Origin: Narcine bancroftii
Lineage: Eukaryota
Direction of reading: 5' to 3'
Assembly (NCBI RefSeq): GCF_036971445.1
Contig: NC_091475.1
Location: forward strand, 54,994,001 to 55,058,000
DNA: 64,000 nucleotides
Below the pieces are notes generated by a model. That model made no database searches and was not told the DNA's origin. It saw only the letters and a list, made by a program, of their open reading frames with translations. Below, in pieces: positions 1 through 13,369 of the stretch; within the stretch, counting starts at the first letter, position 1, and every line of letters starts with the position of its first letter. Position numbers and translations under genes: made by a program.

Positions 1-269
1 GTTGTCTCGTTGATGCACTACAGGGGCCCAAGTACCCCTTCAATTCTGTGTAAGGAGCCCAACCGAGGGAATTATATTGGAGTTTCAAGACAACTCTGAC
101 AAAGTACCTGGACAAATTTTGGAGGAGGCAAAGTACTTTTGAGATGGACAATAAAGAACGTCATTTGTGTTTTAAAAAATCTACTTTGAATTGTATTATG
201 CAATTGAATTTCCAGGCAACCCTTTGCTCAAATGTTAGTCTTTTTACTCATTTATTTCCTTTCACTTCT

Positions 270-730
270 TATTTTCTATTTAAATATATTTTTTGGAAAT
301 TTTACAATAATAATAATACAAAAAGTAAATATCAAGATGCAATATGGAAAAGTACATTTACAAAGGCTTATTTAAGAAAATCTGTTATAGCAATCAAACA
401 ACTAAAAGGAAATAATCAAGTAATCTTCTAATCAGTTATAACATTGAAAACTATTCTTTTTTAAATTGATACTAAACTACAAATTCTACCCCCTTCCTAA
501 GTTATTTGGTAAATAGATACAATTTCACTACCATTAAAAAAGAAAATCACCAGACAAGATCTAAATGATCTTATAGATAATGGAAAAAAATGCAAGGATC
601 GCATAAACTTGAAGTTTAAATCTGTTATATTGGAGGAAGATCTGATTTTTTTCCCAAGTTAGACTTGCCATCATGTCATATAACCACTGAGGATGAGGAG
701 GAGGGACAGCGTCTTTTCCTATTTTCAATA
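270..730 (-). mobile_element. L1-clade LINE 3' fragment (ORF2 C-terminus + 3' UTR), degenerate
   Basis: Minus translation AVPPPHPQWLYDMMASLTWEK resembles the L1 ORF2 C-terminal W..M...EK motif also seen at 9610-9792; T-rich stretch at ~276-300 is consistent with an antisense A-tail. Confidence 0.5.
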
Positions 731-1458
731 AATTCCCCTCTTCAGAAGCTTGGATCAGCATCTATTAACTTTTAGAGATAGCACAAGAACATCAGAGAAC
801 TTTAACCTTGATGCAAATCTCTGAAGTAAACAGTGGGTGCCTTGAGTTAAGTGCGCCATGTTTTAGGTGTTGGACTGGAATGCCTCATTATTCTTTCTGC
901 CCCTGTGCTACAGCTAAAGACAAGTCATTGTATTGGAAAGCTCGATGACAATTGTTCTTCCCCTTGTAATGAGAAACCTCTTTTCCCAGACATATATCAA
1001 GCAAGAAAAAAAACATCCATCAAAGGAAATCATCTAATTTCAGGGATCGATGGTTCTACAAGCACAATTCAATGTTATGCTTAAAAACAGAAACAGAACA
1101 AGAAAGCTATAAAAACAAGGGGTGCTATATTTTTAAATGATCTTGACAATGTATTCAGTATGTTCTGAAAGCTGCAACCACTTGGATTATTATCTTGTTG
1201 GCACAGCTGCAGTTTGAATCTGTCATGGGTTATTATATTGTTATGGATGTTTAAACACTTAAAAATGCCTGCTGTAAATATAATAATTCAGAATCGTGCA
1301 ATTTAAACATATCTCCATCAACTCTGATCAAAACTAGAGTGTTCTTGTTTGCATTGCAGAATTATCAATTATCAGATGAGATTTGACATTTTTTGAAAAC
1401 GTCACAGTATTTATTTTTGTGCACTGGACTAATTTTTTTTAAAAATCATTTCATTTTC

Positions 1459-2035
1459 TGAGAGAGCGAGAGAGAGAGAAAAAAATGAGGGGAGAGAAAA
1501 AATCAGAAAGAGAGAGAGAAGAGAGGGACAGAGAATGAAGAGAAAGAGAGAAAAAGAGAGAAGAGAGGAGCAAGAGAGATAGGATGCGATTTTGGGTGGT
1601 TGGTGCTTGGATAAAATTGGATGCATGGAGGAAAGATCACTCTCCCTCCACTCACCAATTCCCCTTCACCACACAAACACCCTCCCAACCGGTCCTCTCT
1701 CCATCATCTCTTTTTCTTCCTCTTCCTACTCCAGCCATTCTCTCCCATTACCATCTCTTGGTCACTCTGATGCCCACTTTCTCCCTCCTTTCCTCTCTGC
1801 CAGCCCCTGCCACACCTGGCTTACCCCGCTACATGTTCTCTTCCCCCACACCATTTCTTCTTCACTGTCTACCTCGAGTGCACCGCCTTCTTCTGACCCT
1901 CCACCACCAAATTCTCCACCAAAATCTCCCACGCTCTGCATAATATCTTCTTCCTGTTCCCACTCTTCCCACTCTCTTTTGTCCCCATCCCCTTCCTCTC
2001 CCTGCATCCAACCCACCTTCATATCCTTTTATCCC
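1459..2035. repeat. Low-complexity tract: GA-rich block (1459-1580) followed by CT-rich block (~1640-2035)
   Basis: Directly visible composition bias; explains the Ser/Pro/Leu- and Glu/Gly-rich spurious ORFs. Confidence 0.75.
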
Positions 2036-2829
2036 TACAGAGGTCATCGACCTGAAAAATAACACTCCCAAAACTCAACAGCAAACTCAAAGTAAGAACA
2101 AACTCTGCATTGCAGCTGTTGCAAGGGCAAGAAATCCCACTTCCTATCTCTGGCAAAGCAACTGCTTGGTGCAAACATGCCTCTTTACTCTGGTATATAT
2201 TGAACCAAGGCATCAAATCTAGTTTTTGCACATTTTGTCCATTGTGAAATAACAAAGTTGATGAGCCAAGCAAGAGAAATCTTTGGGAATATGGAGATGC
2301 AGCCCACGATTCAGAAGACTTTTATGTCCACGTCTCACCACTGCATTATGTCATGATTAAAATTAACTTCAAACGAAAGCAAGCAACAACAGATAGCCAC
2401 TGACAAAGCTAGTCAGAGGAAATGAAGTTAACCTGAGATTTTATACTTTCATAAGCCATTCACCCATCGAAACAAAAAAAAAGACGTCGATGTCAATCTA
2501 GTTCATTCTCTCAATCATCCTGGGTGACACACACGGCAATAATATTGTTGACAATCCACAATTATCAATCTCCGTCAACTAACCTGCACTCAACCCAGGA
2601 GTGAAGCAAGAAATGACGCCCTGTTGGGAACTGGAATTCAAAAGCTAACTTTGCCACCAACGCATGGTTCACTGGTAAAAATGCTGTCTCAAATTTATCA
2701 TAGGCTACTATAAAATACCACTTTATGAAAGAATTGCATATATTTTCTGAATAAATCAACACTGCATGCTTCAATCAGCAATTTAGAGGTATTGTTGCTC
2801 TCATTGACCAACAGTTCAGCAAACTTACA

Positions 2830-3700
2830 GTTTTATTCATTCACAGTGCCTGGTCATTGCTGGTTGGGCCAGAAATTAATGCCAGTGGTGATTTGCCCAA
2901 AAGTAAGTATGAACAAACCTTCTTCTTGTAACTTTGCAGACTGCGTTGCTCCTTGCAGATGGGGAGTTTGAGGATTTTATGTCAAATGCAACAAAGGAGG
3001 GTCTATACATTCTCAAGGATATGTGTGACTTAGGAGGGAAATTCACAGGCTATCTTTTCAACTGATTTTTTAAAAATTAAGAATGGTGTCTCAACTAAAG
3101 TAGCTTTGGTGAGTTGCCAGAATGCAGGCCATGAATGGTAAAATGGCCAAATGTGCTGAGGGGTTTGAGCTACTTGACTGACTGCAAGTTAAGTGGACAG
3201 CTTCATCCTAGGCAATGCACTGGGATGGGGAGAAAGGAGAGTGTGGGGCTTCATCCTTCAGTGATAACTGAATGTCTCCATTGGCTACATGCTTCATGTT
3301 CATGTGTTGCTACAGAAGTGGTTGCATGTCCTTAATGATAAGCCTTGTTTCCATGGTTACATTCATGGAGGAAATGGCATATTCTCAACCCCACTGCTGT
3401 TCTTTGTAGATGGTGAAGAGGTGCTCTCCAAGCTTCGGGAAAATCCATGTAACCACGGTGATTATGTGAACATATCCCACAATTTGATGCATTGAGGCTG
3501 GCTGGACCACTTTACAACTAATTTCACTGCTGCAGGTTGATCATCACATGTACTGCCAGCCAACAGTTTGAGATTTCCTCCTTCAATGGGACTGGTCGAC
3601 TGTTTGGTTTCTTTATGCAGTCTTACAGTTTTAGTATCACTAGAACCAACTTCCAAATGGATTTCTCTTCAATGAATGCAAACGCTCAATGTCATTGGTT
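2830..3700 (-). mobile_element. Old CR1/L2-like LINE fragment
   Basis: Starts with ttttattcattcacagtg..cattgctggttgggccag..., similar to 47222-47290; no intact ORF. Confidence 0.4.
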
Positions 3701-3857
3701 TATTGTTTGGAGTTTGAGTTACCTGTCCAGTGAGGTAACAACTCTACGACTGTACCCTACTCCCATTTGAATTCCCCCTTTCTTCACCAGGTAGATAGAT
3801 AAAGTGGATGGCCAGCACCATTTTTTTTTAAACTCCAGGGCAGGAATAGAAAGCACC

Positions 3858-4090
3858 AGAGGACATCTGCACAAAGTGGAGGGAGGGAAGTTTAGGAGAG
3901 ACATCAGGGGTACCTTTTTTTAAAACACAGAGAGTCATGGGTACCAGGAGTGGTGGTGGAGGGGCATTTAAGAGACAGGCATGTAGATGGAGAAAAATGG
4001 AGTGTTACAGGACAGGGTATTTTAAGGAATATATGGGTCAGCACAACATGGAGGGCTGAAGAACCTGTACTGGGCTGTAGTGCTCTTTGT
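3858..4090 (+). mobile_element. CR1 LINE 3' fragment
   Basis: ggacatctgcacaaagtggagggagggaagtttaggagagac...cacagagagt...ggtcagcacaacatggagggctgaagaacctgtactgggctgta, a typical CR1 ORF2 end plus 3' UTR. Confidence 0.7.
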
Positions 4091-4139
4091 ACCATTTATA
4101 TTTGGAGCACAGAGAGGAGAGATCAGCATATAAATCTAG

Positions 4140-4545
4140 GTAATATAACCATGAAACAGGCCATCTCAGCCTCTCTAGTCCGCACCAATTTAAGTGAAAC
4201 TCCCATCTATGTGTTCCATGTCCATAATCTTCCAATCCCCTCAAATCCATGCATTCATCCACCCTTCTCTTAAATGTAAAGATTGACCCTGCCACAACCA
4301 TCTCGTCCAGAAGGTCATTCCGCTCAGCCACCACTCTCTGAGTGAAGAAGCTCCCTCTTATGTACTTCTAAAGTTTTGCCCCCTAACCCTTAACTTATGA
4401 CCCCTCATTCCAATCTTACCTACCCTCAAGGGGAAGACCCTATTCACATCTACTCTATCTATCCCCCTCATAATTTTATATACTTCTTTCAAATCCCCAC
4501 TCAACCTTCGACACTCCAATGAATAATGACCCAGTCGACTCAAAA
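4140..4545 (-). mobile_element. CR1 LINE 3' fragment
   Basis: ORF 4358-4543 LGHYSLECRRLSGDLKEVYKIMRGIDRVD...RGHKLRVRG is the CR1 ORF2 C-terminal signature. Confidence 0.85.
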
Positions 4546-6224
4546 AAGTCAGAAGAATTTCTCGAAGTGTGATCAGGATGTTCGGGCCTTATCTAATTAA
4601 AAGATCCAAGCACTTCAGTCAATCTATTAGTCTACTCAGTGGTCTGATGATTCATTTTGTTTCCTTGTTCAGACGACCTCCCACTCCACCAACCCCACCT
4701 TCCAGCTGTTTGGCAGGAGGAAGAGAACAAAATCAGAATTTTCTTTTAATGAGTTGCAATATGAAAATGTTCCAAATGTTAAAAGCTCCACAGAGTTTGA
4801 CTGAAGTTTATCACGCTTCTTGTGAAGCTTTGTGCACCAGCCAAATTGCCCGATTACCATGGTAGCCCAGGCCTGCCATTCTTCTGCAGAATCCCAGGCA
4901 CTATTGATCATATCTGGGAATGGAGAGCTGCCCAGCAACTCAACTTTCATTTTAAATGGATAGACAATTTCCAGGCCGAGTTCTAATTGTGGAAAACAGT
5001 CTGTGGGGCAAAAGCCAGTTACACTACAGTTAACCAGAGTGTATGAAAGTCGCAGCATTTTAAGTAGATGAAAGATGAACACACAAAATTAAATAATGTA
5101 CTAATACCCACCAAAGCTATTTACTTAAAAATTCCCTAACTCAAAGGGAGAAATAATAGATCTTTCCAAAAATTGTCCAAATAAATGAGTGGGAAATGAC
5201 AGAACACAGCAAAGTAATCATTTTTTTAAGAAACAAACCAGCACATATATGTACAAGTATAGTTTGACATCTTGCACACATTCATCAGCAAGCTATTAAC
5301 TGCCTTAGTCCTAGTGTTTCAAGGCCAATTCATCATTCAGTTGAACAATGATGGAACAAGGATGGCTCCAACTTAATTGCTCATTATGACACAAAAGGAG
5401 TCAACCAATTAGGTCCATACAAACCTTCTGCAGAACATCCCCATCAATTCCTTTCCCCTGCACCTTCTTTTCTTCTGTCCAAGTGATTCCTTCTCACTTT
5501 TATACTCTGAGGGGTGATGACCCAATGAACGCAGCAGCAATGTCCTTGGTGACCAAAGGTCAGGATCGAACCTTGATCCCTGGGGTGATGAGGTGACAGT
5601 ACGCTTTGGTAAGCTCCCATGCTGCCTTTCATCTGCATCGATTTTACTTGACTGAACAGATGCTTTCTTCCCACTATTTTCTACTTTCTCAAGAAAATGA
5701 AACATAGATCAGGATTTACAATCTCTTCCCAAATGCCAAACGTCGTCTGTAAACTTCTTCTAGTATCTTTGGGTGGGGATGGGGGGGCGGGGGGGAGGAG
5801 AGGGGATCACTTCTTCACTCATAATTGTGGCTTTACTTGTGTTGATCCCATCAGTTCACCAATGCTATTGTTGCAGAACAATGTTGATTTTCCATGCTAA
5901 ACTCTTCACATCAGGAATAATATCAGGAAAGTTCATTTCAATACCTTGGCAAAATTATTATCATGTTTTGCTTCATTCAGCAAAGGGGAGGACCCTAGTT
6001 TTGGAGAGAAATGCTGACATAGCAATCTTTCCCAAGTACTGCCATTCATAAACCAAATCCTGTTACATTTCTCCTCATCTCTCATTCAAAAGAATTGGCT
6101 TCAGCAGGCTCTCAGCCTGTTTGTTTAGGTGCTTCTGACCTGGAGGCACTTTTCAATTCTCCTCTCCTCCTTGGAGCCTTCATTCATTTTGCAGAAAGAC
6201 TTCACAGCAGCTGGACCAGTCCCT

Positions 6225-6790
6225 CGAGTTCAAGTTTATTATCATCTGACTGTACATATACCACTAGATGAAGCAGCGTTTCTCTTGACCACGATGCTCT
6301 AATAAACAAAACATCATAATCAACTTGATAGATAAAAAATAAGATAAAATAAATGTGTATAAATATTTTGGAATAATGTATTAAATTCATTTATAGGAGA
6401 CCCAAGGTTACAAGATACCATTCATCAATCTTACAGCAGGCAGGAAAAAGCTATTTCCCAGCCTGGCAATCCTGATTTTGATCCTCCAGACCCTCCTTCC
6501 TAATGGTAATGGGTCAAAAATACTATGAGATAGATGGTCGGCTTCCTAAATAATTCTTTGAGCTCTATTTAAACAACACTCCCAGGTAATGTCATCAATG
6601 GAAGAAAAGGAGACCCCAGTGATCTTCTCGGCCATTTTAATAATCCTCTGTATCGACGTCCAGCATGATGCCTTGCAGCCACCGTATTTCACAATGATGC
6701 AGCACGCTAGGACATTCTCAATTGCACTCCTGTAAAATGTGGTCAAGGTGGGGGCCAGTAGCCTTGCCCTCCTCAACCTCCAGAGGAAAT
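6225..6790 (-). mobile_element. Rex1/Babar-type LINE 3' fragment
   Basis: ORF 6546-6851 LRRLRR...LTTFYRSAIENVLACCIIVKYG...IQRIIKMAEKITG; 3' end aataaacttgaactcga on minus. Confidence 0.75.
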
Positions 6791-8148
6791 GCGGATGCAT
6801 GATGGAATGCTCCGTTGCTGCCATGGGTCCAAAAACTGGAACTTGCAGCATATCAACAGAAGAACATGGATGGCTGCAGATGCAGCCTCAAGCCACACTG
6901 GGAAAGCTGACAGTCTGCTGCGCGCAATTCACACTCAACTTTGCAAAGCTATGAGCATGGAATCACTTGCCATACTCTCAATATAACAAAAAAATAATAA
7001 TAATTGCAGCTCTGAGAATGGTAAATAAGGATATTATTTTTCCTGCTCCTTGTTAAAATTCCCCCTCCCCATTTAAAAATAGTTTTCATCGTCACCCCAT
7101 TTAATGCTAATTTCCACTATCCCTCTCTTCCCAATTTGTTCGCTAAGCACTGGGTAACACTGAACCTTGGCAACAAAATATGCATAGTTTTGTGACTGCT
7201 TAAGTAAGCATCAATCCCAAATTCTCAAAATTGTTCTGCAATTTACAAGAGAACTCCACAGGGAGAGAAAAAAAATCTACTCAGTGAGTCAATCCTGCTG
7301 TTTGTGAAAACGTAACAATGTTATAAATGATATTGAACCTAATGTAGATCATTCCTGGAGCCAGGTTGTGATTGACATTTTCTTGTAAAAGCATGCAGAT
7401 GCACTGAAAATGGTGTAAAATCGATTCAGACGGATGATGCCTGAACTGTGAGGTTGTAGCTACCCAGGACGAGATCAATAGGCTGAAGCTCATGACAATG
7501 TAGTAATCAGTTGAGCAGTGATTTAATAGGAAGTTTAAAAGTGGAAAAGACTTTGATGGATTAGAGTGTGACATTGTGTTTCCATGTGGGGAGAGCAAAA
7601 CACAAGCTGTGGAAGTGAGATAATCATCAAAAATATCAATGGATGACTTCAAAAGAAACTTGATTGAGTTTGAGAAGATGATCTCCTGACCATAGGCCAA
7701 ACAGGAGAGGTGCATTGAAGAGAAGGTGGAATAGGTATATGAAGAGAAGAGTGATGCTATGGAGCCAGGTTAAAAAAAAAATGGGGGAGGGCTTGAGTGG
7801 ACCCTAAATTCTGGCATGAGCAATTTGTCTGATTTTTCTGCCTCTCCACTTTCTAGTCGATGTCATTTCAACGAACTGCCTGCCAGAAAGGTGTCTGCAG
7901 CGATCTTCTGGAGTGGTGCAGATTTGAATTATAAAGACCCAGACTGTAAACAGGTGCTCCATTTCATTGAGCAGAAAGAAGGCTGCCCACGGAGATAACA
8001 GCACACCTCCCGGGGAGTATTCCTCATTTTGTGACTCCTGTTATGGACAGTTGAAAGTTGCCAAGGGTCCAACAACCATTGAAGGATAACCACAGAAAGC
8101 AAAGTGGAAAGAACTGCTTTTAAATAACTTTCAAGAATTGTTTATAAT

Positions 8149-9268
8149 TGTATTTCTCATAGTTCCGGAGCATAGCTTTTCCCATTTTTCATTTTTTATC
8201 TTTATGTTTAGATCTTGTTTGGGTTTACAGCTTATTTCATCATTTTCCTTCTCTTTCAGCTTGATGTACATGTTTGTTATAAATCTTTTAATTATCATTG
8301 TGTCTGTAATCATCACATATTCAAAGCTGCTTCCTTCTGGTAATCTCAGTCTGCTTCTCAGTTTGTCCTTTAAGTAGGTTTTCAGTTGGTGTTATGCAAA
8401 CATTGTACCGTGAGTTATTCCATATTTGTACTTCATTTGTTCAAATGATAATAAATTATTTCCCAAAAAACAATTTTCTATTCTTATAATACCTTTTCTC
8501 TTCCATTCTTGAAAGGAAAGGTTATCGATTGTGAAAGGGATTAGTTGATTTTGCGTCAATAATAATTTTGGTAGTTGGTTTTTTTTTTTCCTTTCTATGC
8601 GAATCTTCTTCCAAATGTTGAGCAGATGGTGAACTTCTATATTGCACCCGTTTTTCATCCCACTTCTAAAGTATAGGCTCTGGTACCTTCTCCCCTATTT
8701 TATCCAGCTCTATCATGGTCCAATCTAGTTTTTCCCTTGTTTGATAAAAATCTGATAGATATCTTAATTGTGTAATTCTTAAAATTTGGTAGCTGCAAAC
8801 CCCCTTGTTTGGACCATTCTGCTAATTTATCTAGCGCTATCCTTGGTTTCCCCCCTTTCCATAAGAATTTCCTAATTCTTTTCTTTAGCTCATTGAAGAA
8901 TTTCTCTGTTAAGGGAATTGGGAATTGGTAGCAATTGAAATAGGTATTGTATCCTTGGGATGATATTCATTTTAATGCAATTTACCCATCCTATATTTTT
9001 CCAATGTTCTAAGTCATCTTGTAATTTCTTCATTTATGGCTGATAATTTAATTTGTATAGGAGGCCTAGATTATTATCTAGTCTAATAACTAGGTATCGG
9101 ATTGCTTGTGTTTCCCATTTAAATGGTGATTCTTTTTTAAACTTTGTAAAATTCATTGGCATTCTTTCACTTTTATTTGCGTTGATCTTGTACCCCGATA
9201 TTTCACCATATTCCTTCAATTTCTTATGTAATTTTTTTATTGATAATTCTGGTTCTGTTAAGTATACT
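8149..9268 (-). mobile_element. L1 ORF2 segment (RT domain to C-terminal region), inverted 5' part of a twin-primed insertion
   Basis: Minus translations VYLTEPELSIKKLHKKLKEYGEISGYKINANKSE, HLLNIWKKI..., WEKLCSGTMRNTI; frameshifted. Confidence 0.9.
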
Positions 9269-10058
9269 ACAATAAACACAAGGTTACACATGATACAATA
9301 TAATTGGTTACGCCGGCTATATATCACACCCCAAAATTTAAATAAATGGGATCCAACATTATCAGACAGATGTGTTCGCTGTAAGAAGGAAATGGGAACA
9401 ACAGTACATGCAATTTGGGCATGTGAGAAAGTGAAAAAGTTTTGGGAAGATCTAAATCAGGTATTAAATAAAATCACAAAAAACAACATTCCAAAAAATC
9501 CAGAGACTTTCTTCTAAGTAATAGAAGAAGTAAAGAATTAGGCCTCAAACTGAATGAAGCACAAAAAAGATTTATTATAATAGCCTTAGCTGCAGCAAAA
9601 AAATGTATAATGTCAACCTGGAAATCAGAACAGAGCCTGAGTGTACAGCAATGGTACATGGAAATGAATAAATGTATTCCATTGGAAAAAATAACATATA
9701 ATTTAAAAAATAAAGTCACATTATTTGAACAAATTTGGGAACCATACATGGAACACAACAGAGAGGGCCTACCGTGGACCTCCACCCCTTAAAATGACAG
9801 AATGAGAAGACAAAATGAAATGACCCAGTGTGTAAAAGTAAATGACACAATTTTCTTGTTTATTTTCATTGTGTGATGACATTGTTTAATGGGTTTATTG
9901 TATTGTATATGTTGAACATTTAATGGGTTTGGGGGGGGGAGGGAAGGGAGGAAGGAAAAGGGGAGAAAATGACACTCTGTGTATTCAAGAGGGAAATGTT
10001 TGTGTGTATTTTGGTTAATATGGTTCATAGTGTGAAAAATTTTTTAAAATTAAAAAAA
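9268..10058 (+). mobile_element. L1 ORF2 3' end with Cys-rich motif, G-rich 3' UTR and A-tail
   Basis: TINTRLHMIQYNWLRRLYITP...DRCVRCKKEMGTTVHAIWACEKVKKFW (CCHC-type), QQWYMEMNKCIPLEKITY; A-rich tail 10035-10058; imperfect TSD aagaattgtttataat 8133-8148 / aagaatgatttataat 10057-10072. Confidence 0.9.
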
Positions 10059-10202
10059 GAATGATTTATAATCAAGCACCAAATAAACTTTGGAAGACAA
10101 GTGCATAATGAATCTGAAATATTTTTTAAAAAACGGAAGTCAATAAACTGGGCATTATATTTTGAAATATCTATGAGAGAAAATGGTAATATGCACAAAA
10201 TT

Positions 10203-10968
10203 AGTTTATCTATCTCGGCTGCACCATTTCATCGGATGCAAGGATCGACAACGAGATAGACAACAGACTCGCCAAGGCAAATAGCGCCTTTGGAAGACTA
10301 CACAAAAGAGTCTGGAAAAACAACCAACTGAAAAACCTCACAAAGATTACCGTATACGGCTCCGAATCATGGGTCCTCTACCGGCATCACCTACAGCTCC
10401 TAGAACGCTTCCACAGCATTGTCTCCGCTCCATCCTCAACATTCATTGGAGCGACTTCATCACCAACATTGAAGTACTCGAGATGGCAGAGGCCGACAGC
10501 ATCGAATCCACGCTGCTGAAGATCCAACTGCGCTGGGTAGGTCACATCTCCAGAATGGAGGTCCATCACCTTCCCAAGATCGTGTTATATGGTGAGCTCT
10601 CCACTGTCCACTGAGACAGAGGTGCACCAAAGAAGGGGTACAAGAACTGCCTAAAGAAATCTCTTGGTGCCTGCCACATTGACCACCGCCAGTGGGCTAA
10701 TATCTCCTCAAACCGTGCATCTTGGCGCCTCACAGTTTGGCGGGCAGCAACCTCCTTTGAAGAAGACCGCAGAGCCCACCTCACTGACAAAAGACAAAGG
10801 AGGAAAATCCCAGCACCCAACCCCAACCAACCAATTTTCCCTTGCAACCGCTGCAACCGTGTCTGCCTGTCCCACATCGGACTTGTCAGCCACAAACGAG
10901 CCTGCAGCTGACGTGGACATTACCCCTCCATAAATCTTCATCCGCAAAGCCAAGCCAAAGAAGAGAAA
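10203..10968 (+). mobile_element. RTE-clade LINE, 5'-truncated, disrupted
   Basis: Near-identical to 60130-60925; internal deletion near 10357; ends taaatcttcatccgcaaagccaagccaaagaaga. Confidence 0.95.
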
Positions 10969-11519
10969 GTTTGTTTTAAGGCCAGGATAGCTGAACAGCA
11001 ATTGCTTTCTCACCCATTCAAACAAAATGTTTTAAACAGCTAATTTCAGGAAAAGTCACAGCAAAACAAGTTAATTTCAGCGACTGTCATTGATCACATG
11101 GGGAATGGTCACAGCCACACAATTTGTGGAGAAGGTTTGGATCAATGACAGCAATTATGCAATTTCTGTGTGCCGTTATTTACACCTGGAAATCCCCAAG
11201 CTGCAATCAAAGTTATGGTGCAATGACAGCAAGTGCCAATCACTTATTGCCATTACCCCTGGAAGACCTTGGCCAACTGGCACATAAAATCTACCTCTTG
11301 GCCTACTATCTGTTCAAATATCATACCCTGTTCAATTGTTATCAGCATGTCATGCTGTTGACAACAAGTCGATGGGAAGTAACAACAGCAGTCAACCAAC
11401 CCTTATTTACTTCAAGCCACAACAACCACTGCAGGAACAGTAAAACATAATAAGCCTTGGTTCAACTAAGTCACCAGCTTATTCCAATTGCTCACCATCA
11501 CACCATTACTTTTTAGTGG

Positions 11520-12089
11520 GTTCACTGGTTGAGAGGACCATCAAATGGTACAAAGACAACAACAGGGATGAGACAAAGGAGGTGATTGTGGACTTCAGGA
11601 GGACGAAGGTCGATCATTCGCTGCGACATGTCAATGGCTGAGACGAGGAGAGCACAAAATTCCTTGGTCTGCAAACCTATCCTGGACTCACAACACCTCC
11701 TCATTCATCAGGAAGGCTGACACTTCTCTTGGAGCTGGTGGAGGGAATGGCCACCAGCCCCATCCAGACAACATTTTACAGAAGCACACGAGGGTGTCTG
11801 GTCTAGCAGCATCATTGTGTGGTATGGTAGGTACAAAGCAATGGACTGGCAGTCAATACAGAGGATCATAAACATGGCTGAGAAGATCACAGAGGTCTCC
11901 CTTTCCTTTATTGATGGCGATCGCCAGGAGTATTGCATAAATAGGTCTTAAACAATTATTGAAGGTCCCTTTCATCCATCTTTCACCTTCTACCACCAGG
12001 AAGGAGGCACCGGAGCATCAAAATCAGGACACCAGGCTGGGAAATAGCTTCTTCCCGTAGGCTGTGAGAGTGATGAACTGTATCCTGCA
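11520..12089 (+). mobile_element. Rex1/Babar-type LINE fragment (its 3' end resumes at 13370-13446 after the gap and RTE insertion)
   Basis: acaaaggaggtgattgtggacttcaggagg (TKEVIVDFRR), ttttacagaagcac, gcatcattgtgtggtatgg; tail aataaacttgaa at 13433-13444 like the 6225 copy. Confidence 0.7.
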
Positions 12090-12294
12090 NNNNNNNNNNN
12101 NNNNNNNNNNNNNNNNNNNNNNNNNNNNNNNNNNNNNNNNNNNNNNNNNNNNNNNNNNNNNNNNNNNNNNNNNNNNNNNNNNNNNNNNNNNNNNNNNNNN
12201 NNNNNNNNNNNNNNNNNNNNNNNNNNNNNNNNNNNNNNNNNNNNNNNNNNNNNNNNNNNNNNNNNNNNNNNNNNNNNNNNNNNNNNNNNNNNNN
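12090..12294. other. Assembly gap (205 N)
   Basis: Run of N. Confidence 1.
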
Positions 12295-13369
12295 CTCTTT
12301 TCTTCTTCTTTGGCTTGGCTTCGCGGACGAAGATTTATGGAGGGGGTAAAAAGTCCACGTCAGCTGCAGGCTCGTTTGTGGCTGACAAGTCCAATGCGGG
12401 GCAGGCAGACACGATTGCAGCGGTTGCAAGGGAAAATTGGTTGGTTGGGGTTGGGTGTTGGGTTTTTCCTCCTTTGCCTTTTGTTCGTGAGGTGGGCTCT
12501 GCGGTCTTCTTCAAAGGAGGTTGCTGCCCGCCAAACTGTGAGGCGCCAAGATGCACGGTTTGAGGCGTTATCAGCCCACTGGCGGTGGTCAATGTGGCAG
12601 GCACCAAGAGATTTCTTTAGGCAATCCTTGTACCTTTTCTTTGGTGCACCTCTGTCACGGTGGCCAGTGGAGAGCTCGCCATATAACACGATCTTGGGAA
12701 GGCGATGGTCCTCCATTCTGGAGACGTGACCCATCCAGCGCAGCTGGATCTTCAGCAGCGTGGACTCGATGCTGTCGACCTCTGCCATCTCGAGTACTTC
12801 GACGTTAGGGGTGTAAGCGCTCCAATGGATGTTGAGGATGGAGCGGAGACAATGCTGGTGGAAGCGTTCTAGGAGCCGTAGGTGGTGCCGGTAGATGACC
12901 CATGATTCGGAGCCGAACAGGAGTGTGGGTATGACAACGGCTCTGTATACGCTTATCTTTGTGAGGTTTTTCAGTTGGTTGTTTTTCCAGACTCTTTTGT
13001 GTAGTCTTCCAAAGGCGCTATTTGCCTTGGCGAGTCTGTTGTCTATCTCATTGTCGATCCTTGCATCTGATGAAATGGTGCAGCCGAGATAGGTAAACTG
13101 GTTGACCGTTTTGAGTTTTGTGTGCCCGATGGAGATGTGGGAGGGCTGGTAGTCATGGTGGGGAGCTGGCTGATGGAGGACCTCAGTTTTCTTCAGGCTG
13201 ACTTCCAGGCCAAACATTTTGGCAGTTTCCGCAAAGCAGGACGTCAAGCGCTGAAGAGCTGGCTCTGAATGGGCAACTAAAGCGGCATCATCTGCAAAGA
13301 GTAGTTCACGGACAAGTTTCTCTTGTGTCTTGGTGTGAGCTTGCAGGCGCCTCAGATTGAAGAGACTGC
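12295..13369 (-). mobile_element. RTE-clade LINE, 5'-truncated, open RT C-terminal ORF (12360-13369)
   Basis: SLFNLRRLQAHTKTQEKLVRELLFADDAALVAH (RT FADD motif)...FTYLG...C-terminal FPCNRCNRVCLPRIGLVSHKRAC; tail cttcgtccgcgaagccaagccaaagaagaaga. Confidence 0.97.

Noticed and set aside
1429-2071. Cluster of Ser/Pro/Leu- and Glu/Gly-rich ORFs
   Set aside because: Products of low-complexity purine/pyrimidine tracts that lack stop codons.
5409-5705. 98-aa minus ORF with plausible splice sites
   Set aside because: Contains a SINE head remnant (caaggttcgatcctgacct, as at ~41985) and no recognisable domain.
10664-10933. Recurrent ORFs MVPATLTTASGL... and MSTSAAGSFVADKS... that look like a gene family
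   Set aside because: Alternate-frame and antisense shadows of the RTE 3' region, repeated because the element is repeated.
12064-12729. Long ORFs spanning 11983-12729
   Set aside because: Artefacts of translating through the N gap.
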